A DNA stretch of 64,000 nucleotides from an uncultured Planctomycetia bacterium. Its GTDB lineage: Bacteria; Omnitrophota; Gorgyraeia; Duberdicusellales; 4484-171. Below are positions 39,296-51,100 of the stretch, piece by piece; position 1 is the stretch's first letter; each line of letters begins with the position of its first letter. A program made the translations under genes and the position numbers. Location of the stretch: contig CAZVQU010000002.1 of the NCBI GenBank assembly GCA_964629655.1, positions 524,878-588,877 of the forward strand, given 5' to 3'. The notes below the pieces were generated by a model that was given only the letters and a program-made list of their open reading frames with translations, searched no databases and was not told where the DNA came from.

Positions 39296-40347
39296 AATAT
39301 CCTTCTTTTAGGGTCTAATATATCCCTTAAACTATCTCCCAACATATTAAAACAAACAACCGTAACTACGATAAATAAACCGGGGACTAAAATCCAGGGA
39401 AAGAGACGAATATTTACTATACCCATGGCTGAACTTAGTAGGTTTCCCCAGCTTGCTTCCGGCTCCTGGATTCCTAAACCAATAAGGCTTAAGCCAGCCT
39501 CACCTAAGATGTAAGCCGGTATACGCAAGACTATGGCTACCAGGGCATAAGAAAGAGTATGAGGAAGGATATGACGAATGATTATTTTAAAATGGCTAAG
39601 ACCGATTGCTTTGGCAGCATAAACATATTCATTCTCACGCAAGGATATAGCCATACCGCGGATAATACGAGCTGTAGCAGCCCAGCCGATAAAGGAGAGA
39701 ATAACTATAATTAAAAGATAGACTTGAGTCGAAGTTAAATTAGGGGGAAATGATGCCCGCAGAGCCAGCATAAGATAAAAAGAAGGAATCATCATTACCA
39801 TCTCACAAATCCGCATAGTAAAGTTATCTACCCTTCCGCCAAAGTATCCCGATAAGCCTCCGATGATTAAACCGATGAATAAAGATATGGCAGCACCGAT
39901 TAATCCTATCGAGAGTGAGATCCTTCCCCCATAGAGAATACGAGTGAAGATATCTCTTCCCTTTAAATCTGCTCCTAAAAGATATATTTTGCCTTTGCCC
40001 ACACCGAATAGATGTCGGTCAGTCTCCCAGAACCCTAAAAGCTTATACTTAAAGCCTTTGGTGAAGAATTTAATCGGGTAGATCTTACTCTTATCTTCCT
40101 GATAAACTCTCTGGTAGTACTGATTACTCTTATAGGTCTGTCGATAAATGAACGGTCCGAATTGTCTCTTCTCAAGGTTTAGAAAATGTATCTTTGTCGG
40201 CGGTGCATAGGAGTGCAAGACGTCGTCGTCATCGTAAGGATAAGGAGCAAAGAAAGGGGCAAAAATTACTGAAAAATAAAGCAAAACCAAGACAAATAGG
40301 GCTATCCGGCCTATTTTATTCTTGATAATTTCTTTTAAGATTCTCAT
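39292..40347 (-). CDS. oligopeptide/dipeptide ABC permease (OppC/DppC-like)
   Basis: BPD_transp_1 fold with ~6 TM helices and N-terminal OppC-type extension. Confidence 0.8.
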   Translation of the reverse strand: MRILKEIIKNKIGRIALFVLVLLYFSVIFAPFFAPYPYDDDDVLHSYAPPTKIHFLNLEKRQFGPFIYRQTYKSNQYYQRVYQEDKSKIYPIKFFTKGFKYKLLGFWETDRHLFGVGKGKIYLLGADLKGRDIFTRILYGGRISLSIGLIGAAISLFIGLIIGGLSGYFGGRVDNFTMRICEMVMMIPSFYLMLALRASFPPNLTSTQVYLLIIVILSFIGWAATARIIRGMAISLRENEYVYAAKAIGLSHFKIIIRHILPHTLSYALVAIVLRIPAYILGEAGLSLIGLGIQEPEASWGNLLSSAMGIVNIRLFPWILVPGLFIVVTVVCFNMLGDSLRDILDPKRRIL

Positions 40348-40350
40348 AGT

Positions 40351-41328
40351 TTAAGTCTTCTCGTATCTTATTCTCGGGTCAAAGTAAGCAAGAAGAATAT
40401 CAGCAACTAAATTACCTAAGATAAGCAAAGCTCCTCCGGCTAAAACTGAGCCCATAACTAAATATATATCTTGGGAACGCACAGCCTCCAAAGTTACTAC
40501 CCCTAAACCCGGCCAGCCAATAATAATCTCAACTAAGGCAGCTCCGCTTAAAAGAGCAGAAAATTGATAACCAAAAATAGTAATCATCGGATTTAAAGCA
40601 TTCTTTAAAGCATGAACATAAAGAATTCTCACCTTTGGAAGCCCTCTGGCTTTTGCTCCTAGGATATAAGGAGAACCTAAGACCTCTAGGAGATTTGCTC
40701 TCATTATTCTCTGGAGGACACAAATACTTCCCAATGAGAGAACTAAGGTAGGAATGATTAAGTGCTTTCCAATATCAATTATCTTACCGAGAAGGCTAAA
40801 TTCCTCAAATCTTATCGAGCGCATCCCTCCTAAAGGAAGCCAACCGGTAAAAGTAGCCAGATAAAGAAATATAAAGGCCAAGAAAAAAGAAGGGGCAGAT
40901 ATACCCAAATAAGAAGTAAACGATAAGAATCGATCAGTGAATTTATTTCGCTTTAGGGCAGCGATTACCCCTAAAGGAATAACAAATATCCAGGTAAAGA
41001 TAAGTGATGATAATGAAAGTATAAAGGTGTTAAAGAGGCGGGATGAAACAACATCAAAGACTTTAGCCTTAAAAGAAAACGAATAGCCAAAATCTCCTTT
41101 TAGGATATTTCTTAGCCATACGAAGTATTGAACCATAAGAGGCTTATCAAGATGAAACTTTTGCTCATATAGCTGGATAGCTTCTTGGGAAACCTGGGGA
41201 TTAAGCCTTAATTTGTCTAGGAAATCTCCGGGGGCAATCTGGATAAAAAGGAATGTAAGGAAGGTTATCCCTAAGAGTAAGGGCAAGGAAAAAATTAGTC
41301 TTTTTAAGATAAAACGGCCCATAGACAA
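40351..41328 (-). CDS. oligopeptide/dipeptide ABC permease (OppB/DppB-like)
   Basis: BPD_transp_1 fold with EAA-like loop; 325 aa. Confidence 0.8.
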   Translation of the reverse strand: MSMGRFILKRLIFSLPLLLGITFLTFLFIQIAPGDFLDKLRLNPQVSQEAIQLYEQKFHLDKPLMVQYFVWLRNILKGDFGYSFSFKAKVFDVVSSRLFNTFILSLSSLIFTWIFVIPLGVIAALKRNKFTDRFLSFTSYLGISAPSFFLAFIFLYLATFTGWLPLGGMRSIRFEEFSLLGKIIDIGKHLIIPTLVLSLGSICVLQRIMRANLLEVLGSPYILGAKARGLPKVRILYVHALKNALNPMITIFGYQFSALLSGAALVEIIIGWPGLGVVTLEAVRSQDIYLVMGSVLAGGALLILGNLVADILLAYFDPRIRYEKT

Positions 41329-41375
41329 TGACTGGGAAGAGCCCCCTTGGCTAAAGCTTCGAAGATAAAAAGCGT

Positions 41376-41675
41376 TTACACAACCATTGCCAGAGGGAAA
41401 ATCGCCGGTTTATGAAACCTTATTCCTGCTTGCCACTCATCAGGAGTTTTACCACACCAGCGTACAATCCCTTTTAACAACAAAGGTTTATCAGTATTAG
41501 TGCAAAGGTCTATACGTAAATGGGTACCTTCGGGTAAGGCTTCAGCGCTAGTTAACCCGGCTCCGGCTGCACCTATGTCATGACATTTAATTCCCATAGG
41601 CGTATTGGTGTTGCCGACACACGAGCCTAGCAAAGCACAGGAATACCTCTCAAATGTTCTTTTCTCTCTAACCAT
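41376..41675 (-). CDS. small PilZ-domain protein
   Basis: REKRTFERY (RxxxR) followed by DIGAAGAGL (DxSxxG-like); 99 aa. Confidence 0.5.
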   Translation of the reverse strand: MVREKRTFERYSCALLGSCVGNTNTPMGIKCHDIGAAGAGLTSAEALPEGTHLRIDLCTNTDKPLLLKGIVRWCGKTPDEWQAGIRFHKPAIFPLAMVV

Positions 41676-41727
41676 TAAATACCACCTTTTTCATTCTATC
41701 ACAGTTCATATTTTTTTTCTACCATTA

Positions 41728-42126
41728 TTAGCTATCTTGCCACCAAATTTCCTTTCTTAGCTGATCACCAAAGTTGCTATCGAGATATGAAAGGATTCTT
41801 ACCCTATCCATGTCCCTTATTTTTGTAAATATAATACCGCTATAAGGGATATCTTCTGTCCTCTTCGCCCAAACTACCTTACCTAAAGCATCAATCTCAC
41901 TGGGTTCACCAGGAATATTAATAATTAACTTTACCTCCTCTCCAACCAGTGGGATGCTTGGCGAGCTTATCATAATCCCTTTTAAACTTAAATCCAGTAT
42001 TTTTGCTTCCCAAACCTTATTAGAAGTTGGAAAGGTATAGTCTAGAGGTATATCCACTCCCCAACGATACCCCATTCTTGTTTGATCCCTTCTTTCTTCT
42101 CTTCTCTCTTGTTTCATCTCTCTCAC
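41728..42126 (-). CDS. small PilZ-domain protein, GTG start overlapping the giant-gene stop (GTGA)
   Basis: R-rich N-terminus (RREERRDQTR) followed by ILDLSLKGIMI (DxSxxG); translationally coupled to the giant ORF. Confidence 0.5.
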   Translation of the reverse strand: MREMKQERREERRDQTRMGYRWGVDIPLDYTFPTSNKVWEAKILDLSLKGIMISSPSIPLVGEEVKLIINIPGEPSEIDALGKVVWAKRTEDIPYSGIIFTKIRDMDRVRILSYLDSNFGDQLRKEIWWQDS

Positions 42127-45100
42127 TCCTCTTCAAAAGTATCCCCGCTTTCCGAGTCAGGCCTAAAGAAAGGATCTGATTTTACCATTTTCGCTAGCAA
42201 GATCCACAATGATAACGGAAAACACAAAAGCCCTATCCAAGAATATACTTCGGGCACGGAAAAAGCCTGTAATAAAATATTATCTTGTGTTGTCTGAACA
42301 AATAGATCAATTTGACCTCCAATAAGCAATTCCGTAATAAGTATACTTAAGAGGGCAGCTGCAGGAAATATAGCTGCAGTTTCTAAAGCAATTCTTATTG
42401 CTCGCGTCTTTACGACATGCTTGATAGTTATGAAAATCGCTATGCCTAGAACAAATCCAACTGTTGCAATAATAATAGTCGTGCTACCTGAAGAACCAAA
42501 TTTAGATATCGTATGGTGTATATTTGAAATATGGAATGTCTGCCCTAAAGAAATATGAGGGTCGGTTAAAAGATAGTTTAAAGGAGCGTATCGCTCGGAG
42601 TGGAGGCTTTTTTCAATTCCAAGCAGACCTCCAGGAATCCACTGCACAAAAAGAGAAATAGCGCTCAACGGGAGAACAAAACCCAAAAATTGTACAATAC
42701 GACTTATATTACGCTTTAAACTTACAAATGATGCCATCGGAGAGGCGGCGGTGGCTTCATTCCCCACCGGCGAGCTGCCCCGTCGAGACTTTGTGCGTAC
42801 TACATCCGGGCTATTCGCTTTACGGACAGAATAAATCGCTGTTGGCGCAGACTCAGTGTTGTTTTCGATATTGGCCAGATATGTCCTTCCTCGAAATATT
42901 TCGGCAGTCACATCCATTTTTCCTTTTAACCTAAGAATATCTTCAGCTGCATCTAACGAATCCCCAAAGGCAGAATTCCAAACCAAGGCAAGGCCATCTG
43001 GCTTAAGAAGTGTTGGAAGACCCTGGGCAAACCGCCTCAAAATGGCCCCGTCATAATCATTATCCTCCCACTCCTCAAGGCTCTGACGGACTCTAGGACC
43101 GTCTGGGTAATACGTTGGCATATTCCAAATAATCCGATCAAATTTTTTATTGAAGACAGGCGTTCCCTCTGCAGAAATAATATTGTCATGTATCTTAGCT
43201 TCTACTTTAAAACCCGCAAGTCTACCAGACGCTCTTGTATTCGCAACTTCAAAAGGATTAATGCCGACGGCATAAATCTTTCGTGCTGTCCGCAATGAAA
43301 CAAACCAGGCGTCAAGGCCGTTGCCTGAACCACCGACTAAAACATCATGATCTTTGCGGACATCAAGTTTTTGGTTGACCGCCCTTAGATACTCCCAGTC
43401 GCAAAGAGAGTTTGATCCCGGATGATAGACAGTAGGAAAAACAGGGAGAATAGCATGATGCATATGGGCAGGATCTACTTCATTCAGAATAGACCCCCTT
43501 TCAACCTCTAAGCCGAATTTACTGGTATAAAATGGGTTGATATAAGGAAATCGTTCTTTCTTCTCAACCGTTACATAGATATACGGAACCCAGCGCGGCC
43601 GACGTTCAATCGCTCCGACAATCCCCCTCCGTTCTTCATAGGCAATTAAAGCTTTGTCTGTTTTCTGTATAACCTCAATAAAAGCATTCCATTTTGCCAC
43701 AGCCTTGGGATCACCCAACTGAGGCACGTCAAAATAGTATTCGCTGAAGTCCAGGTAGTGCGGTTTTCGCATCTTCTGATCAACCTGATAGCTGGCAGGG
43801 AGGACCGGATAAATGGCAATAAGATAGCCACGGTTGTCATACACAAGCTCATGATCTGTCGTATCAAAAAGCTCATAGGGTAGGATCTCTAATCCCTTCG
43901 GGGCTTTGTCTTTTTCTTTCAATGCAGGAACACGAATTCTATGAATTCTAAGACCATTCTCTTTTGTTGTGGAGATAAGCAGGGATTTATGAAGCTCCAA
44001 AACAGACAAGATATCCCAAGCAGGCATCCTTTTGACTTTTCCTGCAGCAGATTTATTCGAGCCTAAGGATGATCTCGATTGCTTCGACTCCACCGGCGAG
44101 CTGGACTGTACTTCCAATTTTGTTGGTTCTCTTTGAACATTGATTCTTGTGTCAAATTCTTCCGAAATCAGAAAAGTTTCATTAGCTGAAGAAACAATCA
44201 CAGATACTATTTTTTCAGTAATGTCGCTCATTTCTGGATGCTGCAGAACATTATAAATAATAGTTTCTATGCCCGGCCAGAAATCTTTCCCCACGAATTT
44301 CAAATCATGCCGTTTGAGCGCTGCTTCTAAGGTGTCAACGATAGTTTGTTTGCTTAGATCTAAAACCTCGATCAGAACTTCTTTTTTTAACTCTTCGAAT
44401 TTTTTTCTCAACTCTTCATCTTGACCTTTCGAAGCTATCAATTGTTCACTCAACCTTCTGCCGATAAATATGAACGGTGTAGTTTCTCTCGAAATAGATA
44501 AATCGCCCTTAACATAGAACCAATGCCACTCTTCTTGATCCGGTAAGCCATAAATATGCCTAGCAAGATCTTGGTTGGATAATGCATTAAATGCTGCCGT
44601 GGGTAGAATGACTATGTAGCCCCCGTTGTCAACATCTGTATAAACCTGAATATCTTCCGCCTCATTACCAATCCACATAGACTTATCATCTCCGGGAGGA
44701 GCAAACTTGCTACGCAAAATAGAAGTCATAAAATCATCTCCTTTAGCAAATCTTGCTAAAACGAGATTCTCTTCTGGGTCTTGACGAACATAGCAAGAAC
44801 CTGGGTAAGGCACGTTTGCAATTGGCTCCCTTCTTGTTCTAGACCGTATAAAATCAAATAATCTCATCGCTTCTTCTCTTGTAAGAGCAGGCTTTAACGC
44901 ATCTACAAACGCCTGCTCAAAAGCATCCCCGCCTTTGATATAGCTTAGGGAAGCTAACCTTTTTGCCGCATTCCATAACTCCTGTAATATTACCTTTTCT
45001 ACTCCCAACGGCGAGCTGGTTTGTAGACTGGTTGTTGTTGTATTTTTTTGCTGACCCAGCACCGAGCTGTCCCGGATTGAATCATCATTTTGAAGCCTTC

Positions 45101-48100
45101 TCTCAACCTCCGAGAATAACTTTCTGTAAAAACCATCACTACAAACCAATGTCTCTACATGTCCAAGACCACTCCCAATAAAGCTCATTTCAGCAGCTGC
45201 CGCAGGATACCAGTACTTTTTAACTATTTCGCTTGCTATGCATACTATAGTAGATTTTCCTATGCCATACCCTAAATGAGCAGTAGCGGTATCTACACTA
45301 ATAATAATCGTACTAAAATACATCCAGTATTTGAGAAATTTCTCTTGTCCATTTCTTAACATTGATCCCGAAGGTAAAAGAAACACCCAATCTCTGAACT
45401 CTCTGCCCAGATAACGATAGAAATCATCATAAGAATAAAATCTACCATCCAAACTCTCTATCGTTAAAGCAGTTTTCATTCCAAAGTTTTCTGCTAAAAA
45501 CCTTGCTATTCTTACACTACTTTTCCAATCCAGACTACGAGCCTTACTTTTTGACCTGCCATTAATAAAAATAAAATCTTCGCCTATTCCAATACCTATG
45601 TTTTCCAATTCTCTTCTGGCCACAATGCTTTCTTTGCTACCGTGATTAATAAATAAAGAATTGGAAGGATAGCCCATTAAGGATAACCCTAATTCATGAC
45701 CCAGATTGAAATCACGATAATACTGACAGTGCCTTATGCTTGCATTCTTACCACTCAATTCCCATATATGTCTATAATTTCTGGCAAGGCCTGGCGGAAG
45801 TAACAAATCCTCATGACTTAAAATAGCTAAATCAAATTCAGCCATCCCATTAATAGCTCTTATTGTATTATCCCAATTACATTTCCCGTTATCTTTTAAT
45901 ACAGGCAGAGGGATAAACATTTCTCCCTGTTTTTCCCAAATAAAGGGATTTCTGGTAACCATAGTTATCCTTGCATGAGGATACGCTACTAAAAACTGTG
46001 CTGACAAAGGTCCATTGAATATAATCTCATCACCGATATGTCTTTCGGGCATGAAGAATAGCACTTTATTTAATTCTCCATACCTTTCCCGCATAATTAC
46101 GCGTAATCGTTCAATACTCCTTCCGCTCATCACCGACGAGCTAGATTTTGTACTGCCTATCAATAATAATTTCGTGATTCCTAAGTCAGCTTTGACAACT
46201 TCTAGTTGGATCTTGGATAATCTAAACTTTTCATAAAAAATCTTACCCCAGAGCATCTGCTTCATAATATCTTGAGATAGTGGATGTTTAAGCAAAAGTG
46301 GGCATAAATTTTTTAGTAATTCCTCTATAAGTGTAGTCTGTGCAAGTCCAAGGCTAATCTGTCCTTTATCATCTTTCAAATAATTGTATTCATCCCTGTA
46401 AAAAGTTAACCACCTTCCTAATTTTATATCCTCTTGACTAAAATTTGGTGAAAGCTTAGTGAATTCTTCTGCTAAGGTAATTATCGATCTAATCTCTTCA
46501 ATGAATGCTTTAACTTTAATATTAAAAGGGAGTTCTTCAAACCGTTCGCCTATCCGTAAACATATAGCTGAAAGCATGCCTCTTTCTTTTAAAAGGATAA
46601 AATTAACCAGGTCGATCCATAAAGCACCCTCGTCATCAACATGACCAACCATAAATACCCCTTTTCTTCTTTCGCCTGTCTGCATATCTTTCAAGAAAAA
46701 GATCCAGCGAGTACAAATCCGTTCATCTTGCCATTCCCGTAAAATATTTTTCTTATGTCTATTGATTTGTTCTTTCGATAACTCTCTTTCTTTGTTTGTT
46801 TCTAAATCAATTTCCTCTAACTTAGTATGAACAACCATTTCATCGCTTAGCTCTTCTAAGCTCGTAGAAAATTCCAATTGAAATTTCTTACCATCTTTTG
46901 CAGTAATGATCTCTTTATCCATCCCTCTAACAGCCATAAGAATAGTTTCGGTACACTTTGGTAAAGTTAACTGCATAAGACAGTCGATAATACTTATTTT
47001 TGAACGGATTTCTTGCTCAGGATAGATGCTATATCGGCCCACCATTTGTTCAGGCGATAATCTTGCCTCTCGATCTGCCTCTATCCCATTTAGCTCTTTT
47101 TGCCAAATTTGTCTACAATCTTCTAAAAATTTATTTACCTCTCTTCCATCATTCACTTTAAGAAAGTTTTCCAATAGCCAATCAAATGAATCCTGGAATA
47201 AACTGAGTGTCTCTAACTCCTGCTCAATAAACCTCGCTACGAAAACAACTCTGCTTTCATTCCATATTACTTCTCTCAATTTTGTTTTCATGATCCCTAT
47301 TTCTTTATCAGTGATATGTCCCTCAATGGCACTGACTAACCGTTTGTCTAGACATCCTAGGGGATTTAGAAAACGTACATATTCTGCAACAATATCGGAA
47401 TCTATCCTAACCTGAACGCTAAATAATGTGGGAACATTGATATGCACTAATGGCGACCGGTTTTGTAAATCCGCTATCAATTGTCTCATTTCAATTTCAG
47501 TCATAGATGCCTCTTCTAAATCCTCTACTAAATTAATACAATCTTCTTGCGCAGGAAGTAGAAGCACCTTTTGAGCCTCACTGCTATCTTGCAATGCTTC
47601 AGGTGTAACTTCATCAATCAGCCCCCACTCTACGTATTTATCTAATTGCTTAACGCTTAATGTACGTGGTAAAGTCAAATTTTCTATAATTTTACTTCGC
47701 AGTGTCTTTTTGGCTTTTTGTTCACTAACTTCTGCCACCGACGAGCTGGTTTTCGCAGATTTACACACAGGTAAATCGCAGCGAACGGACTTTCCGGATA
47801 AATTATTAATCGCTTCTAAATATTCATTAAGTAAGTCTCCATTTTGAGAATCATTATCGCGCCAAACAGAAAGTTGTTCCTTAGTAAAAGAGTGTATGGA
47901 TTTTCTTTCAATATCCACAGATACTGCTTCTTTTAATATAGGGGCATTCTTCCCTACAACCGAAATACCTCCTAAGACTTCTTGAGTTAATCCATAATCT
48001 TTGCTAAACTTCTCAGCAAAACTACTCCTAATCTGCCTAAACAATTTGGCAATATTCCTAGTGAATTCTCCACATAAAACAAACATAGCATCAATGTCTG

Positions 48101-51100
48101 AATCTATAGCACATGTAGTTTTAACAGTTGAACCGAACATAAAAGACTTGTTCTTATCAACCGAGGTAGGAACCATCTGTTCAAATTTTCTCAAAATTGC
48201 AATCACTGCAATAACATTGCGTAAAACCTCTCTGCTTTGGCCCCATTGTAGTTTTGTACCCCACCGATAGCCCCCCTTATACTGTATAGTGTAATAAGTT
48301 GCCGGGAACTGATACAATGACGAGAGTAATCTGGCTTCTAGCCCAAAATCAAAAGTTTCTGAAAGACTTCTTCCTTTTACCTTAACCGATGAGCTGGAAA
48401 GGTCTCCAACAATTCTAGCTGATGGTTGTTGCTCCATCCGCAGATCATTAATGCGCTGACTCTTTGAGGACTCATCCGATGGCAGGGTTATTGTAAATGT
48501 TGTTCCTCTATCCTTTTGACTGGCAACATCTATTGCCCCGCCATGTTTTTCAATAATACCTTGCACAATCGACAACCCTAAGCCGGTTCCTTTATGTTTT
48601 TTTGTGGTAAAGAACTTTTGAAACAACCTTTTCTGCACTGACTTTTCGATCCCGCTACCATTATCGCTAAAGGTTATTCTGATGCTTGCCTCTATTTTTT
48701 TAACCGCAATGGATATTTCTGGATTATTATTGCCTTCCAAGGCATCAATAGCATTGCTGATAAGATTTAAGAAAATAGAAAATATATCATTTCTGACAGA
48801 ATATATCCATATATTAGAAGCGATATTAATCTCTACTTGCATATTATCTTCTTTCACTTTATGCCCAAACAACTTGGCTATGGTATTAATCTCCTCCATT
48901 AAATTAAAAGATTCCTTTTTAGGAGCTTTGCCGTTAGCACAGCGAATTAGATCAGCAAGTATCCTCTTTATCCTGTACAACCTACTTACCGTAACACGAA
49001 CTAACTCATCGCAACATTTAATAATATCTTTTCCGTCTTCTTCATCGCAGGTCATTTGCGCTAATTGCATTGTTTCTGACATGGATGATAAAGCATTCTT
49101 AATATCATGAGCTGCGGTTAGCGCAGGATCTCTTATGACAACGGGAATCCCTTTTCCTTTAGTAGTAAGCCATTCTTGAACAATTTTATTGGTGTCGCTT
49201 ACAGCAGCAGTTATATGACTAAAGTGAGCTTCTGCCCCAACAAGAGTAATCTGGCCTGCCTCTATATCCTTTTCTAAAGCGCTTATAGGCCTGCCTATTC
49301 TCATCGTATGCCTCTTTAGCATCTTTACTGAGCTAAGCACCCACTCTTTAGCCACCTTTGACGAGCTAACCCCAACAGCTGAAGAAATCGAAGAACTACC
49401 CCCAGCCGCTATCCTTATTGCTTTACTTATAATCCTATTGGCCCCATCTATATCCTCTGTGGCTTTCTGTACAGCGCTAGAGCTTTGTCTTGAATCGTGC
49501 CCACGTCTTTTATCAACTAAAGATACATACGAGATGGTATGCCCTTCGGGAGGATAGGGATGCGGAAAGCCTAATTTTCCAAAAGCAACACCTTCCTTGA
49601 TGTCCCTCTGCCAATATAGCTGATCCTCTGGCAACCCCAAGAATTCCTCTTCAAACTCATAGATAAAACTCGTAGCCGCACTAACATAATAGTCATATAG
49701 CCACTGCGGGGTATAGCGTAGATTAGCAATGCCAAAAAGCTTATCTCTGAGCCTGGTCAAGACTCGTAAATTCTGAGGATATTTATCGGAAATCTGGCTG
49801 TAGTCAAAAAGGACAACTTCACCCATTAGGTTACGGCCGTAGTTAAACAGGTAGAAATCACTGTTAAAAACCCCTCTGCGCCACTCTGCTAAAATCGCTT
49901 CGAAGTACGCATCAATAAGCCTTTCGCCTTCTTCTGGAGAAACTAGGTATAAAAGACCTGCGCTCGTTTCGTCGGCATCGCCCAATACCTCAACAAATTC
50001 TTGGATTACCCTATTCCCGTGAATAAATATCTTGGCGCCGACACCATCCAGACGCTCTCGAGCAATTCTCAATTCATTCCTCGCCCAGATAGCAATGGAC
50101 TCGCCATCCATAAGCCACTTCTCCACAAGACAAGTACCACTGACCAAAAAGACCCTGTTAAAAACTGAGCCGCTATTGCTTATCAACAGCCTGTTTTTAC
50201 GGCGTAGCGCCCTCTTCAGTAAAATCCGCTCAATCCCCCTTGCACTGTTTTCTGCTTGTACCGTTGAGCTGGACCTTACTTGTGTCTTGCATTTCTCCAA
50301 ATCATCAAGTTGACCGAATGTGTTATCCCGACGAACAGACTGTATACGCTTTAGATGAAAAATTACGTATCTTGTTACTATCCACAGGAAAAGTCTTGGT
50401 AGAAACGGGAGATAATAATAGTTTGTTTTTAACACTCCTTCATCTTTGTACATAAATAGTGGTGCATGCCAATCCTCAAAATCGTCAATTTCAATATCAA
50501 ATCCTTGTTTCTTAATTTGGTTTCTTAGAAAATCTACTTTTGGCCCAACAGCAAGCTGGTATGACGGTGCGTCTGTATATCCTTTTGCATTAGTCAGCAT
50601 TTTGGCGACTTTTAAAACTAACGCTATGGATAAAGAAAACCCTGATAAAACCAAACCAGGTATAAAACCGATAAACCAGACGTTTTCAAATTTGGCGGCG
50701 GCAAAAGCCATTAAGGAAGCAACGGATAATCCAATTAAAAAATAGTACAGTCCGCTTCTGAACAAAACCCTTGAGGATAGTAAATCCCTAGGTAATTCGG
50801 CCAAATCTTTCACCGGCGAGGCGGCAGTAACAGAAGTCTCAAGGGGTATTAGACTGGCGCGCTTAAGCGCTTCTAAATAGACGCCATGATATTCGGGCGA
50901 ATCAAAATCAAATGAACAATTATCTTTGCTGCTTGTCCATTTATAAAGCTGGCTCCCCAGAGGGTCTGAATATTGCTGAGTACTAAAACCAAGTATTTTT
51001 CCATCAGGCACTATATCTAAATGCGAAAATTCTGAAGCATTATCTTTGTATGGACGAATAAGCAACTCGCCATTGCTTTTAAGCTTTGTGGAAAGGACTT

